Positions 14,051-23,875 of a stretch of DNA of 47,569 nt are shown here, piece after piece. Position 1 is the first letter of the stretch. Each line of letters starts with the position of its first letter. Position numbers and translations under genes: made by a program. Below the pieces are notes generated by a model. The model had not been told where the DNA came from. It ran no database searches and saw only the letters and a program-made list of their open reading frames with translations. The stretch comes from Paraglomus brasilianum (Eukaryota): contig CAJVPI010000163.1 of assembly GCA_910592345.1 (NCBI GenBank), forward strand, positions 1-47,569, read 5' to 3'.

Positions 14051-14798
14051 ATGACTTCACTTGAGCAAAAAGGAGACATCGCTATTTATGACGCTTTTAA
14101 TACTTATATGGATATAGACTTCTTGAGGCGTACTGTTATAGAAGAGGACGTTGAAACTAAAGCCATGTCAAATTTGGATTTTTTCCAACATTATATCAAA
14201 CCAGAGCCGGTGAATTACAAAGAAGATAATTATGACTCTATGTGTGCTGTCTGTCCGAGCTCATTAACTGAAAATTGTGGCAAGTATAGTCGATCCATGT
14301 CTTTCTATTGCAGCTATCGCTTTACTACTAACATTAGGTAGTTTGTCAGTTAAACGAGCGCCAACTGACAGTCAAATAAAACCTGCTGTATGTAGCTGCT
14401 ACTTCTACGCAAAAGGCTGGACAGCCTTCGAGGCCGCTAGTCATTGCTACTAAAAATTTTGATACGGACAATGTTATAAAGCAAAACGAAAATAATATAG
14501 ATCAGAAAATGTCTTTGAAGGAAAGGCGAAAGCTGCGGAACAAGATTTCAGCTAGAAACTTTCGAGCACGAAGGAAAGGTATTAAACCTTGTCTATTCGA
14601 CTGAGACGTTTTGCAATCATCATAATAATATGGCAAGAATATTGTGATTATTTCTCTTTAGAATACATCCAACATCTGGAAGCAACCGTGCAAGAACAAC
14701 AGAATGAGATACTCCTACTCAATCAGACACTGGCATATTTTAAAGAAAGTAACTCAAGATTAACGCACGAAGTGGAACAACTACGTGAAGGCCATTAA
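14051..14798 (+). CDS. Small bZIP transcription factor; 3 exons (14051-14279, 14396-14578, 14662-14798)
   Basis: Basic region SLKERRKLRNKISARNFRARRK/EYIQHLE followed by a leucine zipper. Intron 1 needs a GC donor (GCAAGT, 14280) and the TAG acceptor at 14395 to stay in frame. Confidence 0.8.
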
Positions 14799-16328
14799 AA
14801 AGACTCGAGGCCTATTTACATTCTGCCTAAAAAAAAAGGAATTAAAAAACAAGACTTTTATATTAACAATCATACCAACAGCATAACCAATATGTTTGAA
14901 CGCCAGAAAGAAGTAAATTTTGTTAATAAAATTAATATAAAATTTGCTCTCACAGCGTCGTTTTATTGAATCGTAGTATTTATTAAGATTGATTTCTTTC
15001 ACTTTGCTATGCTTCGGATCGTCGCCGCCAACATTTCCCTTTAATTATAGAAATACAATCTTACAGAATGCTAACATAAAATTGAGCATGTATTATGTTT
15101 TCAAAGCAGAGAAGCTTTTCTTTCGTGCACAAAACTACCCGCGCGAAAAAATTTTCTGTACCTTTATGCCAAATCTTGATAGTGTTATTGTTTTTTTCCT
15201 ATTATCTATTTATGACATGTTATTATTCTACTCATTTCCTCTTGTGATTTGCGGTAAGCATAGTAATCGTACGTTGAATATAATCATCGATACTAAAACT
15301 CTCGCCTCCTGAATGTACTGCCACAGCATCTGCATAGATTGCGTAATACGTCCAGACATCATATAATTGCTTAATATATCAGTCTTCCATGCTATCACTG
15401 CCATTGGAACCATCTTTGTACCAACGGAAAGTTTGACTACAAGAAGGTATTTGTAACAAACTAATTGTTCAGATTTTAGTGTGCTTATAAATAGTTGACA
15501 ATATTGAGGGATAGCTGTAACAGTCAAAATGTTTGGAAATAAAGCGTTTGAATTGATAAGCGAGCATCGGTAGTTGAGAGTAAATGAACTAAGATCCTCA
15601 AGAATTCTAGCGATTGGAAGAGTCTTCTGACAATTCCATAAAAAGAAGTTAATCGTCTTCTTTGTGACAGAAATCGGATAATCAGAGAATAATGGTACGG
15701 GAATATCTGCTCAGAAATTATGACTAATCCAAATCTTAATATCAATTCCTCAAGACTATTGTGCACATATAAGGCAGTTATTTCTTGAACAATTAATTCG
15801 GATAGTTCCTTTCGCATACGACTTAAGTATAGATACATGCATACAATAAGCCCATTGGCAGTATTGCACTATTACGGGGTGCATGTTATATAAAGTGACT
15901 GATTGATGGAAAGGGGATTTATGCAACTTTTAGACAATCAACCTTTCATGATGTGATTTCGCCAGCGTTGGCCTTTGTCTCGTGAAGTTATTATCGTATT
16001 CACGTGAGAAAGTTTTTGGGACATCCCGCAATTGATCAGCAAATTCAACAATGGCCCAATTTATATATAGACCATTTGTCAAACAAAGTCATGATCTGTT
16101 TTTGTCAATTGCCTTTGCAATAATTCGAATGTGCATGCATGAAAGTAAAAATGACAATATCTATATTGAATTCAGTAATTAGTCATTACGCATCACTGCG
16201 ACTTGTAAGTGTATAAAAACTTACTCAGCGTGTGTGCCTCTTCTGTGTGTGTATTAATTCTAAACTACTGAGTTGCCATAAACATTTACTACTCAGAGAA
16301 AACTCAACCTTACTTCATTTAGTCTCCA

Positions 16329-16661
16329 ATGCCTAGTCTGGATTCACATTCTTCCAAGCCCAATTTTAACTCGCTCACATTAGTGATTTGCAACATACGT
16401 TTCTTGTTTCGTGACCTGAATGAACGACTTGGAAATCTTGGACGAAAACGACTAGATTTTCTCGAAACTAACGATCGCGTACGATCTCTAATCTACGAGG
16501 AAATACCTACCAGATATATGCAGTACACAAAACGTGACGGCGAACTGAAAACTAAGCTTAAAACGTTGGAAGAATTGTTAAAGAAATGTGAAGACGAAGT
16601 TGAGGAGGCTACAAAGCGATGTAAGGAGATTAAAAGTGGATTTGAAGACAAGGAAAAATAA
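16329..16661 (+). CDS. Hypothetical 110-aa single-exon coiled-coil protein
   Basis: ATG-initiated ORF with heptad-like charged C-terminal half (ELKTKLKTLEELLKKCEDEVEE), TATAAAA about 115 nt upstream (16212) and AATAAA downstream (16741). Confidence 0.5.
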   Translation: MPSLDSHSSKPNFNSLTLVICNIRFLFRDLNERLGNLGRKRLDFLETNDRVRSLIYEEIPTRYMQYTKRDGELKTKLKTLEELLKKCEDEVEEATKRCKEIKSGFEDKEK

Positions 16662-17410
16662 GTTGAGCATAAAAAACACAAGCACAGAAGAAATTTATTC
16701 AGTCATTATTTACAAGTAACAAGTCTGAACAGGATGTAAGAATAAATATATAAGAGAATTAATCTTAATAGTTTATAAAATTTCGTTCTCTTTTGAGCCG
16801 TGTAAAACCATTGTGAATGCTTGTTGACAATTGAAAATTTTTTCGATGCGTAAAACCTTTGATAATTCACACTATAAAATTCAGTTGCTCTTTTTATAAA
16901 CCATGTCTCACAAGACGCAAATTATCAGCGTTAGTAAGATATGTTTATCTTTATTAAGACGGTTTATTTGGCATCTATACTTGGCTAATAATATAAAAAA
17001 TCGGGCTTTGAAATGCTGCCTTGACTACGAACGAGAGTCAGCTTCCCTTTTGTAAAGATAAAATTAGACTTGTGATGCTTAATAAAATTATTTTTATCGT
17101 AATTTTGTTTTATCGAATCAATAATTATCAATGGTAAGTAAACTTGCTATTCCTTTGCGCAAGATTTTATTATAGCTTTTGTTTTGTCAAGCAAAACCCG
17201 AACGAATATCCCTCGGGCCTGTAGCCTATTTCATATCGCATTCGTTGTTTGAAACTGATCCCGTCCCTCAATAGTAATAGTCTGAATACAAAAGAATGGC
17301 TTTGTCAACCGCGGTTACTTTTTTTTTGTTTGTTTGGAATCGTATTTTAAGTAGATCACAGATTTGTACTGTGTCTCTCTTACCAATAAAATATATTTTA
17401 TTTGTCGAAT

Positions 17411-17449
17411 TCTACCATATAGTATCTACCATATAGTATCTACCATATA
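17411..17449. repeat. 14-bp tandem repeat (TCTACCATATAGTA, about 2.7 copies)
   Basis: tctaccatatagta tctaccatatagta tctaccatata read directly. Confidence 0.9.
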
Positions 17450-17719
17450 ATATTAGCGTTACATCCCTGTCTATAATTCCTTCATTTGCTGTCTCCTGAC
17501 AAAACTAGTCTGGCTTTCCTACTCATTGAAAGTGAATACGAACGCCATGCAATTTTCCTACCATACAGACAGTTACGTACGTATATCGTGTTTGATAATT
17601 CAATCTATTAAATGGCACGATTAAAGAAAGAGCGCTATAAAACATATGGTTTGGCAAAGTTTATAAAGTAAAATATCTACTTTATACCATGGATTTTGGT
17701 GGTAAGCATATGACTGATA

Positions 17720-18516
17720 CAGTGGGTACCCAAAAGTCTCACCCGTTAGTAAAAATCTATTTTTTTTTGTATGGAAATAAAGCTAATTGACTGTAGGTTT
17801 CAGGAAAAATAATAGTAACTTTAAGCAGTTGTCATAATGAAGCTGTGGTTCGATGCATTTTTTAATGTTCAAGATTGAACATATTAACTAGGCAAATGAA
17901 TCTCCGATGAATCATGTGCTACAATGAACAGATAAATTTTGACAAACAAAAGCGTAAGCGTAACTCAACACGAAAGCGTAAACAATTTGAATGAGTTTGA
18001 ACATGGACGGATGATTGGTTTACAAATGGCTGGAAAGTCCTATGAAGTTATAGCTCTCATTCTAAAAGTTTCAAAATCACTTACATATACAATTGCCCGA
18101 CATCAAATCTTTATAAACTTAAAGTACTACAAGAAGAACGGAGAAAATTTTACCTAAACTTATACCAAACTTATAGAAAGTATGCCACATAGAATTGAAG
18201 CATTCATTAGGAATCAATGATGGCCTACAGAGTATTAAACGTTATGTTTGTATTGAAATTTATAAAATACTTTTTCAAGTGTAGTGTATATAATCATATG
18301 TTTAATCGATATACTACCACTTTGGCAAACCCACAGCTTCGTCATGACAACCTGCTTAAATTTATGATTATTTTTCCTGAAAACTACAGTTAATTCCTGT
18401 ACAAAAAACTTTGCCATTAGCTAGTAAATATGGCCAATAGAGATTTTCGGAAAAAAAATATAATAGATTTTTTTATATGTTTTACTAATGGGTGGGCGGA
18501 GACTTTTGAGTCACTG
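17720..18516 (+). mobile_element. Internally deleted, non-autonomous Tc1-family DNA transposon with long imperfect TIRs and TA target duplication
   Basis: TA|CAGTG..CAAAAGTCTC..CCC.TTAGTAAAA at left and TTTTACTAATGGG..GAGACTTTTGAGTCACTG|TA at right; inverted similarity continues at about 17786-17850 vs 18328-18395. Interior encodes a Tc1 N-terminal HTH (LNEFEHGRMIGLQMAGKSYEVIA) and a C-terminal remnant (LIESMPHRIEAFI..*WPTEY*) with no DDE core. Confidence 0.85.
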
Positions 18517-18518
18517 TA

Positions 18519-18640
18519 GTTGAAAATTGTTTTAGTGTAATTAAGAGTTATTATCGGAAAAAGAGACCAAGAAGTGAAAAAGAATTAAGGCAAGTTGTTA
18601 AAGAAACAATAGTAAAATTACAGCAACAAGATTTGCTCCT
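18519..18640 (+). pseudogene. IS630/Tc1-like (DDE_3) transposase C-terminal fragment
   Basis: VENCFSVIKSYYRKKRPRSEKELRQVVKETIVKLQQQDL fits the post-NPIE helix pattern (E-x-x-F/W-S-x-I-K...P-R-S/T-x-x-E-L) of IS630/Tc1 transposases. Confidence 0.55.
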
Positions 18641-21555
18641 TTCAATAACAATGCTGGTGAATAACGATCCTGTAAATCTCTTTCCTCGTATTGCCAACCT
18701 CATTCTTCCAGTAGGGATTTGATTTCGGCCTTTTTTATCCCCCATCCAACGCTGGTAATTTTCATATTATGGAAATGAGGTGGTTGTTGGAAGTGGAACA
18801 AGAACAAATTGGGGTTTTGGATAAAAAAAAAAAGAGTTTCTTTTAGAGAATTATTGACAAACTGCAATAGACAATTGGCACTTTGTAACGTCAGCTTTAA
18901 CATTGTAGTTTAGCTGTTTTTCTCATTATCTTTATGTCTCTTTTCCCATCACTGCAAGATTATCCTCATTGTCAAGGTGCTCGATTGTCGCTAAGAATTA
19001 GGGTAAATTGTGTAAATCAAGTAGACAAACAATTATCGGTACAAATAAAGATATCGGTGGCAAGGATGCGTGTTCACTTAAATAAATATTCAGACGCAGC
19101 TTTGGCTATTATGCATGTATTGCTTCACGTATAACGAACTCTCCTCCTGTTGGACCGGGTTCACAGGTCCCAAACTCAGAACAACAGTCACAGGAATAAT
19201 CGCAACATTAAATAAACCAAACAATTATTATAATATTTCTATTATGCTTACTAGTAGCTATTCACTTCCTCCCGATTGCGTGAATTTACCTAACTGGCTT
19301 CTCGATGAAACAATATCGGTTCGACTTTAAACAAAAGAAATCTTTCGGCAGTCGAGTGAGAAATGACAGAATGTATAGGAAGATAAAAAGCAAACAAACA
19401 ACAGATAAATGAACTAGTCAATTAATTATGAATGAATGAATAATGAACGAGCAAGTGAATAAATGAATAAATAAATGGAGATAAAATACAGAAATAACAG
19501 ATAACTAACCCAGACTATTGTTTTTCAAATTAGCCCTTTCTCGGCCAATGGTCTGGGTCGAGAGTTACCGAGAGGCTTCAAATCAACGATAGTTATTCTA
19601 TAGTTAATAAAGAAAACATCTTGCTCAAACATCTCAGTTTAGCAATCATAACTCAAATAGTGTCTTTATGTTAACAGGGACACAATCCACCGTAAAAAGT
19701 AACTTTGTTTTTGTTCTAAAAGGCAATTGTGTTAATCCGAATTCGTTAGGATCAAGAAATGAATTACCAATTTTAATTTGTGAAACAAATGAACGAACTT
19801 GTTATTGATAAGGCCCCATTGTCCCTAGTGTATCCTGCAGTCACGGGAACACTTTCAGGCGTCTTTCTTGTTGTCTTACTACACAGACCCAGTACGAAAA
19901 AGAAGCTCGTATGCTTCAAGGTTTACCCCAACCATTAGGTAGGCAAGTGTTGCATTTTATAAATTACTAATTCCTTTTTTTTTTTCCTGGTGGGGATGCT
20001 GAGTGATTAGATCCAATAGGACACTTAGCAGTCGTGAAGAAAAAAAAAAGTCCGAGGACAGGTTTGTTGGCTAATTAGCTACTTGTGGGGAATCAGAAGT
20101 TGTTGTTTGGAACACTACCCAATTTAGAAGCTGTAACCATATTATTTATTATTTGTTTATAATGGTCAGATGGGCGGAAATAGACCACGTTTTTCTGATA
20201 ATTATTAATATCGGTTCCACTCTCGCACACTTACTCTTAATGAATGAAACCATTACTGATGTCACGTCGGTTATAGTTGATGGGAACTTTTCCGCGTAAC
20301 TGTCGCAAGAGATATCGAAATCACCGTGTTACTTTAATAATATATTAATATACCAATACATATATGTGTATGTCATCAATTAAAGTCTTTACCGCTTTTA
20401 GTTGCATAAGGCATACAGCTTGTGCAAGTGTTGCTACACAATTATGCAAAAAGCCTTTATCCTTTAATAGTAGGTGTAAACAAATATTATGTAGTTCTTG
20501 GCTGCAAGAGACAATGCATTCTATTATTGTGTGGTACTACGAACATATTTGCAGTACAACAGACTTGAAATGGACGCAAGAGAATTCATCATGTCAACAA
20601 TTGAACAGCAGCCCGAAAAAAGTAAGAGAAATACACCAACAAAAACTTATAGGTTACCATCAAAGCAAGCCGAACATGCACAAACTGTCGAAAGACCCAA
20701 CCCGGAAATTGATAGCATTACACGAACATTACAAAACAAGTTCTGCGAGGCATGAAATTAAACCAATAAGCAACGACCAACGATGTTCTTGTACTGGACT
20801 GATGTTAAGATGTGGAATTCTGAAACGAAATTTTCGATTACGGCAGCTAGTCTCGCAAATCGTATAAATTTCATTGATACTGGTATACTCAAACTATAGT
20901 TCTTTTGGATGATCATCAACTTTCAAGGGAATAGTTGCCCGCGACTTGGTAGAACGAGCTAATCTATATAGCGTCGAAGCTTGGTAAAGAGCTGCTAAAT
21001 CATGTGGGGCAGAATTCAACCATAATTGTATATATCACGAGTCAAAATGATTAACCTATAACATTCGGATCGACATTCTGAGTTTTCCCCGTCTAAATCT
21101 TTACTATCATTGGCGATGTATTTCACTTTCCGTGGTGACTAATATTAGTCATAGGCATTGGGCTGCTGTATGCGGTCGGGGTTTGATAATTTTAACCCTG
21201 GAAAATCATTTTGTGGCGCTATTTGTACTGAATGTGACCGATTTTGTTGCAGCATAATGCCCCGCATAGCACGTTAATTAAGTTAATTAACAATAACAAT
21301 AGGCAAGTTATTTTTAAACACATTCTAATCCGTAGTTGAATATCTTAATCATCTGTGGTCAGAATCCCTTACTTGCGAGACCGATCGCAAAGAGAAAGAA
21401 TACGAGCGACATCACACTGTATTAAACTCCTCTAAAAACAAGTCCACTACTTGCTAAGATAGAATATTACCACTACCGCTACTGCCACAGTACTACTGTC
21501 GCTACTGCATCCCCCACCATTACTATTACAATTACGCCGACTAATTCCAGTTACT

Positions 21556-22944
21556 ATGTCTGACTCTCGCAGTCTGTCAACATACGCATACCCGTCGCCC
21601 GCTTCACACCGATCAAAGAATGATCTCTCCTTACGCGAGATACTCGACTCTTATAGAGACAATAACGATCTACTTGCTCAAATACTCGCCACTAAGGCTG
21701 AGGAAGACAAGGTAGGTTGAAGACATTGCAATTACTGCTCCATAACTGTGTATATTGACGACTATATATCTATCCACTATGACTGGTCAATTGCACTGCC
21801 ATTGCATTTGCGTACTAACCTGCGATCAAAACAGCGTAGGGCAGAGGAGGAAAAGTTCCGAACAGAGCAACTTCGCTTGCAATGTAAACAGTTGGATTTG
21901 GAGATGATGAGAGAACAGAGAAAGCCACCAACAATATTCACTGGAGTTCCACGTAATATATCACCTTTTCTTGTCAATTGTATGAGAGTTGTCATTCAGC
22001 GAATTTGTATTGACTTTGATGTTAATCTTATGTAGCATTGAGCTCAGGATTCAGTGTGTATGTGTACGAGAAAATGCGATTGCGTATAAATGGTTAAGCT
22101 AACCAGGCTCATTGTGACTATCCGCTCATGTACTTGCCTCAATTTTTTTTGTAGTAAATCGCCTTCAGATACGCATAGTCCTTTCTTAAATATTCCTCCT
22201 CCTATCGGTAAGCAATTACGCACATTGCACTTTTAGTTTCGGTGGCAATCGAACTTCTTGTGTTATGTTATGTTCCTCATATTCCTACGCTTGGTACATA
22301 TTTGCCCTCTGTCAACTTTATCAGATACACACTTCTCGGCAACAACCCCCACATCGGCTCGTCTTTCACCTCCGAGCTCGGCTACACCTCACGAGAATAT
22401 AAACTACGGTGGAATAACCAACCCACAAAACCATACCTATTCACGGCCATCTCTAACGTTATCCATTCCACCATTCCAAACGCTTTCCTCTCCAACTGCA
22501 GCTCACTCTCAAAACTCTTTCTCTCAGGCTTCTCTTGATCACAACTACACCCAATCGCCTACTTCTGCAACATCTGCTTCGATGACCGCCACTACATCCA
22601 CGATAAATGTGAATCATAACAACAAACGTCCAAAGCCATCTGAGCCTGAAGTCGATCACGAGTATGTAATGGAGGCACTACGGCAAAAAGTCCGACAGAA
22701 TGCTGAGAATCCTGCAAAGAAGTACATGAAAGTGCTTAAACCTCGTAGTGTAACAATGCCTGTTGGGTCAAGCGCCGGTATTACTTCGTCCACAAACCAT
22801 CATAATACTTCTAGTCATCATAACTCGAACAATTCTCAACATTCTTCTGCTCCTGCGACTGCTTCTCTTCATCATCAATCTCATTCACAGCAGCAACAGC
22901 AGCAACAGCAACAGCAACAACAACAGCAACAACAACAACAACAA

Positions 22945-22976
<32 letters not shown>

Positions 22977-23286
22977 TTCTCCTCTTTCTAACGCTCACAC
23001 TCATCCGTCTCAAAATTCGGTTGGCTCTGCAACTCATCATCCAGTACAGCATACTTCCTCTACGCATCATCATCACCATCATCATAATCATCAATTACAA
23101 CATTCACAAGGCCAACATTCACAAGGCCAACATTCACAAGGCCAACATTCACAAGGCCAACATTCACCTGTAAGTACCACAGGAAGCAATACACCAGTAC
23201 AGCATAGTCCAATTTCCACTACGACCTTGCCCCCTTTGAACCTACACTCACCTGGAATTGGAAATGAGCAGGGAGTTAAATCGTAA
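21556..23286 (+). CDS. Uncharacterised protein with N-terminal coiled-coil motif and Ser/His/Gln-rich low-complexity tail; about 4 exons
   Basis: Exon 1 MSDSRS...LSLREILDSYRDNNDLLAQILATKAEEDK|GTAGGT; exon 2 RRAEEEKFRTEQLRLQ; last exon from about 22325 contains DHEYVMEALRQKV, polyQ, polyH and QHSQG repeats. The small third exon (about 22155-22207) is uncertain. Confidence 0.75.
22888..22974 (+). repeat. CAG/CAA tract encoding 29 glutamines
   Basis: 29 consecutive CAA/CAG codons counted in frame. Confidence 0.95.
23098..23166 (+). repeat. 15-bp tandem repeat CAACATTCACAAGGC (QHSQG) x4 plus partial copy
   Basis: Four identical units then CAACATTCA. Confidence 0.95.
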
Positions 23287-23875
23287 CCGGTCTGGTTATA
23301 CCATCAGTATTCCCGTTAATCGGGAAAGAGCTCTGCCATTTCTATACACGAAGAAGACGGATGAAATGAGGAATCGTGAAGAGTCAATGAAGAGTACAAG
23401 GAGTAAAGGAGCTGAACTGTTGTTTGAGTTCATGATCGATTACTATGATATATTTCCATACGTTAGTTTATAGTTCATACTTTTATTTTCTATCCTGTAT
23501 TATCGTATATCATAAGATGAGACTGTATTTTCGCTCTGCAAGTTGAATTTCTTTCTCCTTCATTTGTATGTAGGATCAATTGTTATTGTTATTATTATTT
23601 CAGATACATGTAAGATTTTTAAAAATTTATTTTGGCCGGACCAAAAGAAATCCTGATAAATGAGCAGCAACCTACACATATGAAAAAATATATATATAAA
23701 TAATGAAGTGAGTTAATCAAATTGTACATTTGTCCAATTATACTCTCGTGTACATATTAACTGAAAAAGGTCACAAGAAGGTTTATCGAAATTATTTATT
23801 TACAAAGAAACTTCACACAATTGCTCACTTGGTTATGCGCAAGAGGGGTTCTCTTTATTATCTTTCCGAATTTTA

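Noticed and set aside
14051..14798. bZIP as HAC1/XBP1 with an Ire1-spliced intron
   Set aside because: The bZIP is C-terminal, the introns are spliceosomal (GC-AG and GT-AG), and no Ire1 twin stem-loops were seen.
18880..18925. Minus-strand MRKTAKLQC as bacterial ribosomal protein L33
   Set aside because: The resemblance ends after 9 residues at a TAA and no downstream L33 motif was found.
19130..19200. GGACC...GGTCCCAAAC hairpin as a twister or HDV-like ribozyme
   Set aside because: Only partial motif similarity; the required pseudoknot pairings could not be built by eye.
23098..23166. Regular 15-bp repeats as a possible CRISPR-like array
   Set aside because: Contiguous tandem units with no spacers, inside a eukaryotic coding exon.
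22885..23173. Poly-Leu ORF (- strand) and poly-Asn/HKANI ORF (+ alternative frame)
   Set aside because: Alternative-frame shadows of the polyQ and QHSQG repeats in the real gene.
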